DNA of 64,000 nt, taken from contig JBJOPW010000002.1 in the NCBI GenBank assembly GCA_046050355.1, positions 62,028 through 126,027 of the forward strand, given 5' to 3'. Below the pieces are notes generated by a model, which did not search any database, was not told where the DNA came from, and was given only the letters and a program-made list of their open reading frames with translations. This document shows positions 19,022 to 29,493 of this stretch, piece after piece (position 1 is the stretch's first letter; each line of letters starts with the position of its first letter). Origin of the DNA: Candidatus Parcubacteria bacterium. GTDB taxonomy: Bacteria > Patescibacteriota > Minisyncoccia > Phycocordibacterales > UBA918. A program made the translations under genes and the position numbers.

Positions 19022-20701
19022 ATGGAAGTTGTTATCCGTGCCGCCATCACTGATGTACTCAAGGAACTTGGTCTCCCCGAGGTGGCATTTACCATTGAGC
19101 ACCCAAAGATGCTTGATCATGGCGACTACGCGTGTAACGTGGCGATGGTTTTGGGTAAGCAGGTGGGCCAATCACCGCGCGCTGTGGCGGAGCAAATCCT
19201 CGCGAAGCTTCAGGGTCAGATTGAATACGTCGAGCGTATCGAGATTGCTGGTCTGGGTTTTTTGAACTTCTACCTCAGTCGCGATTTCTTTTCCGCTGAA
19301 GCGGCCCGAGTACTCGAAGAGGGAGCCGGTTGGGGTGAACATGACACCGAGGTAGACGAGGTAGTGCTGTTTGAGTACACCAGTCCAAACCTGTTTAAGC
19401 CACTCCATATTGGTAACCTGGTAGGGAATATTATTGGCGAATCATTTACCCGACTATTTGAAATGGCCGGGGCTGATGTGCGTCGCCTGAACTATCCGTC
19501 TGATATTGGTCTCACGGTGGCGAAGGGAGTCTGGGGTCTTAAGACTACTGGCAGTGACCCAAGCGATATCACAGCCCTGGGGAATGCCTATCGAGTTGGG
19601 AATGATGCGTACGAGAATGACGAGACTGCCAAAGCCGAAATCGAAAGCATCAACCGTGCCCTCTATGCCCGCACGGACGAATCCCTCAATGCGCTGCGCG
19701 ATGCCGGTATCGCGACTTCGCGCCGCAGTCTCACCGCGCTGTGCGAACTTCTTGGAACACATTTTGATACCGAGATAACGGAAAGCCAAGCGAGTGCTCC
19801 TGGTACAGAAATAGTGAAAGCCAATATCGGCACAGTCTTTACTGAGAGCGAGGGCGCGGTAGTGTATCAGGGAGAGAAAGCGGGTCTCCATACCCGTGTC
19901 TTTCTCAACTCACAAGGTCTCCCGACGTATGAAGCGAAGGATGTTGGACACTTTACCCTCAAGCAGCAGGCCCACCCTGACTGGACGGAGTCTATCATTG
20001 TGACCGGCAACGAACAGACCGAATATTTCAAAGTCCTCTATGCGGCACTGCGCGAACTGTTTCCCGAGATTGCCGACAAAAATCTCGAACATATCCCAAC
20101 CGGCTTTTTGACCCTCACGACGGGCAAGATGTCTTCACGTAAGGGTAATGTCCTCACCGGCGAATCGCTCTTTGCCGAAGTGGCTGAGGCGGCACGCGAA
20201 CGAGCGCAGGAGAGTCGAGCCGATGATATCGAGAAGCTTGCGAATCAAATTGCGGTAGCGGCCATCAAATACCAGATACTAAAATACAGTGTTGGTTCAA
20301 ATATCGTCTTTGATAAAGAAAAGGCCCTTTCATTTGAAGGAGACTCCGGTCCGTACCTACAGTATACGTACGCGCGCTGTCTCTCAGTGCTCGAAAAAGC
20401 GCGCGGGGTAGAGATCGAGCCACAGCTCGCACCGGCACCCGAGACACCATACGTCCTTGAACGTATCTTGTACCGGTTCCCGGAGGTGACCGAAGCGGCG
20501 CTCCGTGACCGTGCTCCACATACTGTCGTCACCTATCTCACTGAACTAGCTGGCGAGTTCAACTCGTTTTATGCGCATGAGATAATAGCGGACGCCAGCG
20601 ATACCTACGCTCCGTACAAGGCGTTGCTGACGTCCGCTGTCGCAACGACACTGAAGAATGGTCTTTGGGTCCTCGGTATCGAAGCGCCTGAACGACTCTA
20701 G
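19022..20701 (+). CDS. argS: Arginine-tRNA ligase
   Basis: HGDYACN, SPN..KPLHIG, KMSSRKG, GDSGPYLQY. Confidence 0.97.
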   Translation: MEVVIRAAITDVLKELGLPEVAFTIEHPKMLDHGDYACNVAMVLGKQVGQSPRAVAEQILAKLQGQIEYVERIEIAGLGFLNFYLSRDFFSAEAARVLEEGAGWGEHDTEVDEVVLFEYTSPNLFKPLHIGNLVGNIIGESFTRLFEMAGADVRRLNYPSDIGLTVAKGVWGLKTTGSDPSDITALGNAYRVGNDAYENDETAKAEIESINRALYARTDESLNALRDAGIATSRRSLTALCELLGTHFDTEITESQASAPGTEIVKANIGTVFTESEGAVVYQGEKAGLHTRVFLNSQGLPTYEAKDVGHFTLKQQAHPDWTESIIVTGNEQTEYFKVLYAALRELFPEIADKNLEHIPTGFLTLTTGKMSSRKGNVLTGESLFAEVAEAARERAQESRADDIEKLANQIAVAAIKYQILKYSVGSNIVFDKEKALSFEGDSGPYLQYTYARCLSVLEKARGVEIEPQLAPAPETPYVLERILYRFPEVTEAALRDRAPHTVVTYLTELAGEFNSFYAHEIIADASDTYAPYKALLTSAVATTLKNGLWVLGIEAPERL

Positions 20702-21280
20702 GTTTGCAAAAATAAATAATACTGATAGGCTCATGGCAGTCAGTTAAAACAGCGGGGTAGGCATGGGCTGGTGGCAAGAATTGTTCGGGTTTGAGTTCTG
20801 GGCCTATCTCGGGTGGCAGTTTTACCTCGAGACGCTCATGTGGCAAATCCCAGAGGATGATCCACCCGATGGTGGTATCCCAAACGGGGTCGCGTACGCG
20901 GCCCCGTTTTAGCGCTTGACGGTAAAGATGGCAGGTGTACGATTATGACTTACCGCTTTGCAAGGAGGCAAAAGGCGGTAGTTGCGAAGGGAGGGTAAGA
21001 CTTTGATTACTACAAGCTTGGTTATTGCGGGGCTTATAAGTGTCATCGTGCTGCTGTTGGCTGCGTTTTGGCCAAGAAAAACAAATATGGCAGAAAGCCA
21101 TATCGAGCAAGGAACTGGGCGGGGTTAACACCCTGCTCTTTGCTTTATGTGGCCGCTCGCCAAAAGAGAGAATCGTGGTACTATGCCAAGTACCGGCCTG
21201 ATATGTCGGTGAGTTTAGTTTCGGGGTTGGACCCCTAAATCATACTCATTACTAATGTCTGATATACATTTTATATTTTT

Positions 21281-24200
21281 ATGTCAAAAATGCATGGTCG
21301 TGAAAACGACACCGTAGCGGTTGAAACTGCTACACAAAAGAGTGACGTTGCCCTGCGCGAAGAGACTATCCTTGCGTTCTGGCAAGAGCACGATATTTTT
21401 AATAAAACCCTAGCGACACCGGCGGGGGACGCACCAATTGGTGACTATATCTTTTATGATGGTCCACCGTTTGCGACCGGGACACCACACTACGGCCATA
21501 TCTTAGCAAGTACCATCAAGGACGCCGTCCCACGCTTTTGGACGATGCGTGGCTACCATGTTCCCCGCAAGTGGGGGTGGGACTGTCATGGGTTGCCGCT
21601 CGAGAACCTTATCGAAAAGAAGCTCGGACTTGCGACCAAGCGTGACATCGAAGACTATGGGGTCAAGAACTTCAATGAAGCCGCACGCGGTACCGTCATG
21701 GAGTACGCTGACTACTGGAAGATGGCCATTCCGCGTATGGGACGCTGGGCTGACATGGAGAACGACTACAAAACCATGGACAGTACCTACACCGAAAGTG
21801 TGTGGTGGGTATTCTCTGAACTGTACAAAAAAGGTCTTGCGTTTGAGGGTTTCAAGACCATGCATCTCTGTCCACGCTGTGGCACGACCCTGTCTAACTT
21901 CGAAGTGAATCAGGGGTACAAAGATATCAAAGACATCGCCGTGACGGTGAAGCTACCACTGCTCGATGACGCCGGGCAGGTGACTGACACCGCACTCCTC
22001 GTGTGGACGACGACACCATGGACCCTCCCAGGGAACTTGGCTGCCGCTATCAATCGCGAGTTTGATTATGTGAAAGTGAAGGTTCTTCCCAAGGTTGATA
22101 TAGGGCAGCTAAACGGTGAGTATGTTTCAAAGTCTGAAGAATATGTTGTTTTAGCAAAAGGAATACTAGAAAAATGCTATGCAGAAAAAATGTCCATTCA
22201 GACTTTCTATGCTTTTGGCGATCATTGGCTTGTGCCAGTTGAAACATTTTCTGGCGACACTCTTATCGGACGCTCGTACCAACCACCATTTCCGTTTATG
22301 GCAGGACAGAGTTTTGACCAGACTAACGCCTGGAAGATTTGGCATGCCGACTACGTCGAACTCGGTGAGGAGGGAACCGGCGCCGTCCATATCGCGCCTG
22401 CCTACGGTGAAGACGACATGCAGCTCGCTAAGGCCAATAATGTCCCAATTGTCCACCATGTCGATGAGAGTGGTCGGTTCAAAGACTGGGTGACCGGCTT
22501 TAACTGCGCCTTAGTAAAGCCAAAAGATGACGATACGTCTGGCGTTGATCACAAAGATACTGATATTGAAATCTTGAAGTTCCTCCAGGCCGCTGGCAAG
22601 ATTTTCAAAAAGGAGAATATCACACACAGTTACCCACACTGTTGGCGCTGCGATACACCGCTCCTCAACTACGCGACTACCTCATGGTTCGTAAATGTAC
22701 CAAAGATCAAAGACGAACTCGTCGCCGTGAACAACGGTGTCCACTGGGTCCCAGAACATGTTGGTACAAATCGTTTTGGTAAGTGGCTCGAGGGGGCGCG
22801 TGACTGGGCTATCTCTCGCCAGCGTTACTGGGGTGCGCCACTGCCAATTTGGAAGAATCCAACCACTGGTGAAGTGAAAGTGATAGGCTCGCTTAAAGAC
22901 CTACAAACGTATGTGCGAAAGAGTGGTAACACCTATACCATCACCCGCCATGCTGAGGCGGAGAGTAATCTCTCTGGGGTTATTGATGCGATTAAGGATG
23001 AAGCCAATCATTTGACTGAAACTGGCAAAGCGCAAGCTAAAGCGACCGCCGAAACATTACGTGTCAAAGGAATCACCCGGATTGTGCATTCGGGTATGAC
23101 CCGAGCTCGTGAGACAGCGGAATTAATTGCCAATGAACTAGGGCTGTCTCAGGCTGTGGTCGTTGCCGATGAACGGTTGCAGGAATTTAAAGTAGGGACT
23201 GCTTGGGAGGGTAAGACTTGGGCTGAGTTTAACTCTCAGTTCGCAACCGAAGAAGAAAAATTTGAGAAGACTTTTGCCGGTGGCGAGAGTCGCTTTGATT
23301 TGATCAAACGAGTAGGACAGTGGCTTTATGAATATGACGCCTCGAACCAAAACGAGCACACACTTGTGATTGGGCACGGTAGCTCACTTTTTGCACTACA
23401 AACAGTAGCCCGAGGAGCTGATTATGATGAGATGATTACCCTCAAAAAAACTGGGTATCTCAAAAATGCCGAGGTGCGAGATCTGCCCTTTATCCCTATA
23501 CCCCACAATGACCTCTACCAGCTCGACTACCATCGACCATACATCGATGAGATTGAGCTCTACGACACCGATGGTGCGAAGCTTGAGCGCATCAAGGATG
23601 TCTTTGATTGTTGGTTCGAGTCGGGTTCGATGCCATATGCCCAGCATCACTACCTGGGTGAGAACCCAGAGGAGTTTGCCCCGAAGTGTTTCCCAGCCCA
23701 GTTTATTGCCGAAGGACTCGATCAGACTCGCGGCTGGTTCTACTCACTCATTGTACTCGGTACTGCACTCTTCGGCCGTTCGCCGTATGAGCATGTGATT
23801 GTAAATGGTCTCGCCTTGGCTGAAGACGGCAAGAAGATGTCAAAGAGTCTCCGCAACTATCCTGATCCGATGGAGCTTGTTGACCGAGTGGGGGCAGACG
23901 CTATTCGTTACTACATGATGTCTGCGCCAATCATTCGGGGTGAAGACCTGAACTTCAGTGAAAAGGAAGTAACTGAACAACAGCGCAAAAATATCGGTCG
24001 TTTGCACAATGTACTCGCCATGTACGACATGTATGCCGATGGTACTACTGCAAATGCCGCCTCTGCCAACACACTCGATCGTTGGATTGTCTCACGCCTC
24101 AATCAGCTGATAGCTGAAGTAACTGTAGGGTACGAGAGCTACGAGCTCGATAAGGCCACTCGACCAATCGCCGATTTCATTGATGATGTTTCTGTCTGGT

Positions 24201-24886
24201 ATCTACGCCGTTCTCGCGAACGATTGAAGAGTGATGATGTGGCAGATAAAGCACTGGCTCTCGGCACCCTCCGCTATATCTTGCGAGAGCTTGCAAAGGT
24301 AATGGCACCTGCCATGCCGTTCTATGCTGAGTACCTCTACCGTGCAGTCCGAGAGGAGAGTGAGGCAGAAAGTGTCCACCTCACCAAGTGGCCAGAATGT
24401 GCAATTGTGGACGAAAGTAGTATTGATCTTATGAAGCAAGTACGTGAAGTCGTGACTGCCGCACTTGAAGCGCGCATTAAGTCTGGTATCAAAGTGCGTC
24501 AGCCGATTGCCAGTGTCACTGGTCCAGAGTTGCCAGCCGAGTATCAATCAATTGTGCTTGATGAGCTCAATGCCAAAGCGTATCAAGTAGGGGAAATCAT
24601 CTCAATTGACACTACCCTCACCCCTGAACTCATCGCCGAAGGAGCGGTCCGTGAAGTGATGCGCGCCATCCAAGATATGAGAAAGCAGACCGACCTCACC
24701 CCTAATGATATTGTCAGTCTCATTATTGAGACCGATGCGGCCGGGCAAACGGCGCTTGAAACCCCAGCACTCAAAGCCCTCCTCATGAAGACGGTTAATG
24801 CCAAGAGTATTACCTACGCTAGTACATCAGGAACTGAAGTCATTGCTGGCGAGTATCGCTTTGTGGTGAATGTAGTGAATGAGTAG
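21281..24886 (+). CDS. ileS: Isoleucine-tRNA ligase (type 2-like) with inserted histidine-phosphatase-fold domain
   Basis: DGPPFATG.PHYGH, GWDCHGLP, WTTTPWTLP, DWAISRQRYWG and KMSKS. Insert with RHAEAESN at about 22930-23490. Confidence 0.95.
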   Translation: MSKMHGRENDTVAVETATQKSDVALREETILAFWQEHDIFNKTLATPAGDAPIGDYIFYDGPPFATGTPHYGHILASTIKDAVPRFWTMRGYHVPRKWGWDCHGLPLENLIEKKLGLATKRDIEDYGVKNFNEAARGTVMEYADYWKMAIPRMGRWADMENDYKTMDSTYTESVWWVFSELYKKGLAFEGFKTMHLCPRCGTTLSNFEVNQGYKDIKDIAVTVKLPLLDDAGQVTDTALLVWTTTPWTLPGNLAAAINREFDYVKVKVLPKVDIGQLNGEYVSKSEEYVVLAKGILEKCYAEKMSIQTFYAFGDHWLVPVETFSGDTLIGRSYQPPFPFMAGQSFDQTNAWKIWHADYVELGEEGTGAVHIAPAYGEDDMQLAKANNVPIVHHVDESGRFKDWVTGFNCALVKPKDDDTSGVDHKDTDIEILKFLQAAGKIFKKENITHSYPHCWRCDTPLLNYATTSWFVNVPKIKDELVAVNNGVHWVPEHVGTNRFGKWLEGARDWAISRQRYWGAPLPIWKNPTTGEVKVIGSLKDLQTYVRKSGNTYTITRHAEAESNLSGVIDAIKDEANHLTETGKAQAKATAETLRVKGITRIVHSGMTRARETAELIANELGLSQAVVVADERLQEFKVGTAWEGKTWAEFNSQFATEEEKFEKTFAGGESRFDLIKRVGQWLYEYDASNQNEHTLVIGHGSSLFALQTVARGADYDEMITLKKTGYLKNAEVRDLPFIPIPHNDLYQLDYHRPYIDEIELYDTDGAKLERIKDVFDCWFESGSMPYAQHHYLGENPEEFAPKCFPAQFIAEGLDQTRGWFYSLIVLGTALFGRSPYEHVIVNGLALAEDGKKMSKSLRNYPDPMELVDRVGADAIRYYMMSAPIIRGEDLNFSEKEVTEQQRKNIGRLHNVLAMYDMYADGTTANAASANTLDRWIVSRLNQLIAEVTVGYESYELDKATRPIADFIDDVSVWYLRRSRERLKSDDVADKALALGTLRYILRELAKVMAPAMPFYAEYLYRAVREESEAESVHLTKWPECAIVDESSIDLMKQVREVVTAALEARIKSGIKVRQPIASVTGPELPAEYQSIVLDELNAKAYQVGEIISIDTTLTPELIAEGAVREVMRAIQDMRKQTDLTPNDIVSLIIETDAAGQTALETPALKALLMKTVNAKSITYASTSGTEVIAGEYRFVVNVVNE

Positions 24887-24927
24887 ACCGAATACTTCAT
24901 TTAAATGAAGTATGTAGGGTAAGGAAA

Positions 24928-24970
24928 AGAAAACCGCCCCAGAATCACTGCGTGATTCTGGGGCGGTTTT
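24928..24970 (+). terminator. Terminator after ileS
   Basis: aaaaccgccccagaatcac/gtgattctggggcggtttt inverted repeat. Confidence 0.8.
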
Positions 24971-24998
24971 GTGCTGGACGTCAATGGTATAATAGCCA

Positions 24999-25586
24999 AT
25001 GATGTCGTACCAGACTTACATTACGGACGCGGTGGTGGTCGGGAGCTATCACTCCAATACCGCGGACAAATCGTACCTCCTGTTTACCGAGCGCGCCGGC
25101 ATGCTCTACGCGACTGCTCGCAGTGTCCGCGAAGAGCGAAGCAAACAGCGCTATGCCTTGCAGGACTTTTCGCATATCACCGTGACCTTGGTCAAAGGCA
25201 AAGCGGGCTGGCGCATTGGTAGTGTTGAATCATACCAAAACTTCTATGCCGATGCGGTCTCACGGTTGGCACGGGGGAGTGTTGTCCGCCTGACAAAAAC
25301 CCTCCGTCGCTATGTCCAAGGTGAGGTACCAGACGAAAATCTATACCGTACCTATACCGAAGCACTGGCACTCCTCTCGACTGAGTGTGAAGCGCGTACT
25401 GCCTACGAACGCTGTGCTGAAGTCCGTCTCTTGTCCCATCTTGGGTATGTCGCGAGTGATGCGGTAGTAGCACCACTATTTGAGACATCACTTCATGAAC
25501 TATCGCCGGCGCTGGTCGGGGAACACGAAGCAATATTGGAATTACTCTACCGTGGCGCACAGGCAGTGAGTCATTTGGAACGATAG
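24999..25586 (+). CDS. recO: DNA repair protein RecO (short form)
   Basis: N-terminal OB fold DK.Y.LFT..GML.A.ARSVR...SK, and LL..LGY. Confidence 0.75.
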   Translation: MMSYQTYITDAVVVGSYHSNTADKSYLLFTERAGMLYATARSVREERSKQRYALQDFSHITVTLVKGKAGWRIGSVESYQNFYADAVSRLARGSVVRLTKTLRRYVQGEVPDENLYRTYTEALALLSTECEARTAYERCAEVRLLSHLGYVASDAVVAPLFETSLHELSPALVGEHEAILELLYRGAQAVSHLER

Positions 25587-25600
25587 GGGGTGATATACTG

Positions 25601-27547
25601 ATGCATATGTCAGGTATTAAAGATCAAGCAGAGCTTGATGAGATTCGCAAACGTCTCTATGAACGTGGTGGTCAGCCACGGGCAGCGAGCCGTGTTCACT
25701 TGGCTACCGATGAGCAAACGCCGGTGGCTCGAGAATGGCAGGCTCCTGCTGTCCCGCCCAAAGCACCAACCGAAATGCTTCAACCTCGTGCTGAAGCTAA
25801 GCCGTTTGTAGTAAAACGGAAGACGTATCGATCAATTATTATTTTAGCAACACTGGCCATATTTCTATTGGTGTTAGGGGTGACCGGCCTCTATATGTTC
25901 CTCGGTAATAATCAGATTTCAAACGAGAATATCAACGTCACGATTTCTGGTCCGATTACCGTTGGAGGAGGGGAAACACTACCACTTGAAATTACATTAG
26001 AAAATAAAAATACCGTTTCTATTGAAGGTGCTGTCTTGATAGTAAATTTACCCCCCGGTACAAAAACAGCCGGAGAGAACCCGCAAGATATGCTAGAGGA
26101 ACGTATATCAGTAGGTTCTGTTGGTGCTGGTGAGGTAATTACTCTGCCACTTAATGCGGTGATATTCGGTGAAGAGAATCAAGAACGACAAGTCAAAGCG
26201 ACCATTGAGTATCGCCTCATTGGATCAAACGGGACCTTTTATAAAGAGTCAGAGCCGTTCAATTTCAAAATTAACTCTTCGCCGGTTGTGATTAGAGTTA
26301 ATACGTTAAAAAAAGTCTCCGCGGGACAAGAAATTGAAGTCGAATTGCAGGTACAATCAAACGCATCAGCGCCTCTTAAGGATATTTTGGTACAAGCTGA
26401 TTATCCAAACAACTTTGACTTTAGTCGCTCCGAGCCAAATCCAATGTATCGTGAGAGTGCCTGGCTGCTTGATGAAATCAAGCCAGAAGAAACAAAAAAG
26501 ATCAAAATATATGGAGTGATTGTTGGTCAGCAGGCTGAGGAGTTCCAGCTTAAGTTTAGCGCTGGAACCCCAAAGCCTGAAAATCAATTTGAAGTAGGAT
26601 CTATCCTCACTGTTGCCAATGCCGATTTTATCATTGAGCAACCTTTTATTAATGTGGGCTTAAGTGTTAATGATACCGAGAGTGAAATTGTGACTACCAA
26701 AATCGGTTCGCAGACAAATGTAGCGGTGACTGTCCGTAACACACTCACCGATACGCTCTATGATATGGCCGTTGAGGTAAAGGTGGCTGGTAATGTACTC
26801 ATACGTGACCGGGTCAATGTACAGCGTGGTTATTATGATTCGGTAAAGGATGTTATTCGTTTTGATCCATCTGGTGATAGCGACCTTTCAGAGGTTTCGC
26901 CTGGTGAGAGTAAAACGTTCACGTTCACCCTTAATCCTGGTGACCAAGTGAACACTCCATCCTTTAATCTAACAGCCAATGCGTACGCAAGACGTGTGTC
27001 TGAATCGCAAGCAACTGAACAATTAGTTGGTACCGCCAAAACAGAGGTGAAATTCACTTCAGCAGTCCGCATTAATCGTGAGTTGGGGCGTAATAATAGT
27101 TTTGTTGAGAGTGGGCCGTTCCCGCCGGTAGCTGACCAAGCGACCACCTATACCGTTACTCTCATTGCGGGAGCTGGAGGTAATGATGTGACCGGCGCCA
27201 CGGTGGCGACAGCGCTCCCACAATATGTGTCGTGGCAAAATCAATCTGCCGGCGATGGCACGGTGTCATTTAATCCGGTCTCCAAAGAGATTGTTTGGTC
27301 GATTGGCGACATTGAAGCTGGTAAAGACAAACAAATAAAGTTTCAAGTGAGTATTTTGCCAAGCCAGACACAGATTGGTAGTGCGCCGGCCATTCTCGCC
27401 GCTAGCCGCTTTAGAGCGACAGATCGATTTACTGGCGATGTGGTACGAGCTGATGCTGCGCCACTTTCAACCGAACTCTCCACCGAAGCCGGCTTTGAAA
27501 AAGATAATGGTGTGATTAGACGGAGTGTTGGGGCTTCGCTTGAGTAA
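25601..27547 (+). CDS. Single-TM protein with multiple extracellular Ig-like/DUF11-like domains
   Basis: One TM near residues 77-101, then repeated beta-sandwich patterns (W.I..I.PG.). The start may be 25607. Confidence 0.7.
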   Translation: MHMSGIKDQAELDEIRKRLYERGGQPRAASRVHLATDEQTPVAREWQAPAVPPKAPTEMLQPRAEAKPFVVKRKTYRSIIILATLAIFLLVLGVTGLYMFLGNNQISNENINVTISGPITVGGGETLPLEITLENKNTVSIEGAVLIVNLPPGTKTAGENPQDMLEERISVGSVGAGEVITLPLNAVIFGEENQERQVKATIEYRLIGSNGTFYKESEPFNFKINSSPVVIRVNTLKKVSAGQEIEVELQVQSNASAPLKDILVQADYPNNFDFSRSEPNPMYRESAWLLDEIKPEETKKIKIYGVIVGQQAEEFQLKFSAGTPKPENQFEVGSILTVANADFIIEQPFINVGLSVNDTESEIVTTKIGSQTNVAVTVRNTLTDTLYDMAVEVKVAGNVLIRDRVNVQRGYYDSVKDVIRFDPSGDSDLSEVSPGESKTFTFTLNPGDQVNTPSFNLTANAYARRVSESQATEQLVGTAKTEVKFTSAVRINRELGRNNSFVESGPFPPVADQATTYTVTLIAGAGGNDVTGATVATALPQYVSWQNQSAGDGTVSFNPVSKEIVWSIGDIEAGKDKQIKFQVSILPSQTQIGSAPAILAASRFRATDRFTGDVVRADAAPLSTELSTEAGFEKDNGVIRRSVGASLE

Positions 27548-27679
27548 CGTTTTGGCGGACTGACTTTTTTGTGGTACAACAGTACCTGTAATCTATACAT
27601 ATATGTCAGCCGAAACCACATCGCCAACTACTGTCACTATGGATCCCGTTAGAAGTACTGACAAAGCATAATTTTGTAT

Positions 27680-29074
27680 ATGGACACAAATACTGTAAAC
27701 CAAAAAACTTCTAATGGGATGGAGAAAATCACTGCGCTTTGTAAGCGTCGCGGGTTTGTCTTTCAGGGCTCTGATATCTACGGCGGACTCAAAGGGGCGT
27801 GGGACTTAGGTCCACTCGGGGTCGCGCTCAACAACCGCATCAAGAGTGAATGGTGGAAGATGTTTGTCGAAGGACGTGAAGATATGTACGGCCTTGATGC
27901 AGCGATTTTGATGAACGCCAAAGTCTGGGAGGTGTCTGGACACGTGGCCGGATTTGTTGATCCACTCGTCGAAGATACCGAAACCGGTGAGCGTTTTCGT
28001 GCGGACCATCTACTCAAGGACAATGGTATTGATGCCGACGGGCTTTCACTCGAAGCGATTGATGCCTTGATTCTTGAAAAGGGCATCAAAAGTCCAAAGG
28101 GTAATCCACTTTCAAAAGCCCGCACCTTCAACATGATGTTCGAGACTCGGATTGGCGCCACTGCTGGTCCGGAGGGGCAGGTCTACCTCCGTCCCGAAAC
28201 CGCTCAAGGTATTTTTGTAAACTTCAAAAATGTGATGGACAGTATGTCACCAAAGTTGCCGTTTGGTATTGGGCAAATCGGTAAGGCCTTTCGTAATGAA
28301 ATTGCACCACGTGAATTCCTGTTCCGGGTGCGTGAATTTGAACAAATGGAAATCGAGTACTTCGTCCGACCTGAGGAGTGGGAAGCCAAGTTCGAAGAGT
28401 GGCGACAGGCTATCTGGGCGTGGTTTGACCACCTTGGTCTCTCCCGTGCAAATGTGCAGGAGTTTGAAGTGCCCGAAAACGACCTCGCTCACTACAGTAA
28501 GCGGACAATCGATTTTGAGTATAATTTTCCTGGCAAGGGCTTTGATGAGCTCGCTGGTTTTGCCTACCGCACCGACTTCGATCTCCGCGCGCACATGGCG
28601 GGGAGTGGTCAGTCGCTTGAGTATGTCGAAGCCGATGGGACGAAGCTCGTGCCACATGTCCTTGAACCATCGTTCGGGGTTGGTCGTGCCTTGACTGCGG
28701 TCCTCTGCGAAGCCTACCGCGAAGACGAGGTGAATGGGGAAGTCCGTACCTACCTCGCTCTCCCGACACATCTTGCACCATACCGGGCCTGTGTCTCACC
28801 ATTGTTAAAGAACAAACCAGAGTTGGTGGACAAAGCACGGGGAGTATTTCAGCTTCTCAAAAAAGAGTTTGGTAATGTTGCCTGGGATGACAATGGCAAC
28901 GTCGGCAAGCGCTACCGTCGCCAAGACGAAATTGGTACCCCGTACTGTATTGTCATCGACTTTGATACTCTTGGCGAAAACCCTGACCTCCTCGACACCG
29001 TCACCATCCGCCACCGTGATACTGGGGAGCAGGAGCGGGTAGCGATTGCAGACCTTGTCAGTCGCCTCAAATAA
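27680..29074 (+). CDS. glyQS: Glycine-tRNA ligase, alpha2 (eukaryote/archaea-like) type
   Basis: KRRGFVF, LRPETAQGIF, GKAFRNEI, REFEQME, GKRYRRQDEIGTP. Confidence 0.96.
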   Translation: MDTNTVNQKTSNGMEKITALCKRRGFVFQGSDIYGGLKGAWDLGPLGVALNNRIKSEWWKMFVEGREDMYGLDAAILMNAKVWEVSGHVAGFVDPLVEDTETGERFRADHLLKDNGIDADGLSLEAIDALILEKGIKSPKGNPLSKARTFNMMFETRIGATAGPEGQVYLRPETAQGIFVNFKNVMDSMSPKLPFGIGQIGKAFRNEIAPREFLFRVREFEQMEIEYFVRPEEWEAKFEEWRQAIWAWFDHLGLSRANVQEFEVPENDLAHYSKRTIDFEYNFPGKGFDELAGFAYRTDFDLRAHMAGSGQSLEYVEADGTKLVPHVLEPSFGVGRALTAVLCEAYREDEVNGEVRTYLALPTHLAPYRACVSPLLKNKPELVDKARGVFQLLKKEFGNVAWDDNGNVGKRYRRQDEIGTPYCIVIDFDTLGENPDLLDTVTIRHRDTGEQERVAIADLVSRLK

Positions 29075-29263
29075 CTATATTCTGGAGCTACCACAGTCGA
29101 AACCGACGATGACTTATGGGCGTGCCTGATGACTGTTCGGGTGCAGATACTGGTATAGTGCGTGAAACGATGTGCCAGGAGTAGATTGTGGGAGGGGTGA
29201 TGTTGGTGATGATCCGGTATGTGATCAAGTTTCATCAACATCACCCCTTATGTTTTCTGTAAC

Positions 29264-29428
29264 TCAATGGGTGAGGCGAAACATCACCCAGATACCAACG
29301 AGGGCGCCGACGGCATTGCCGATGATAGAGGCAAACGAGAACAAGCTATCACCCCAGAGCGCTGGGATATAGCCACCGATAAGACCGCCTACAAACATCC
29401 CAAAATAGATAGCTCGTCGTGAATCCAT
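29264..29428 (-). CDS. Small 2-TM Gly-rich membrane protein (54 aa, below ORF-track cutoff)
   Basis: Manual translation MDSRRAIYFGMFVGGLIGGYIPALWGDSLFSFASIIGNAVGALVGIWVMFRLTH. TATACT -10 lies just upstream. Confidence 0.65.
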   Translation of the reverse strand: MDSRRAIYFGMFVGGLIGGYIPALWGDSLFSFASIIGNAVGALVGIWVMFRLTH

Positions 29429-29493
29429 GAGATAAGTATACCGTACTGGGGCAGGGTTTGTATTTTGCTATTTCGTGGTACAGTATTTTGACT

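Noticed and set aside
20763-20912. 49-aa Trp-rich ORF between argS and ileS
   Set aside because: It runs through a terminator-like hairpin and has a weak SD, so it cannot be supported without expression or homology data.
20920-21280. T-box leader upstream of ileS
   Set aside because: No AAGGTGGTACC-type T-box motif. A -10 element lies about 100 nt from the start.
29193-29248. 17-bp-arm hairpin between glyQS and the small membrane gene
   Set aside because: Adequately explained as a bidirectional terminator between convergent genes.
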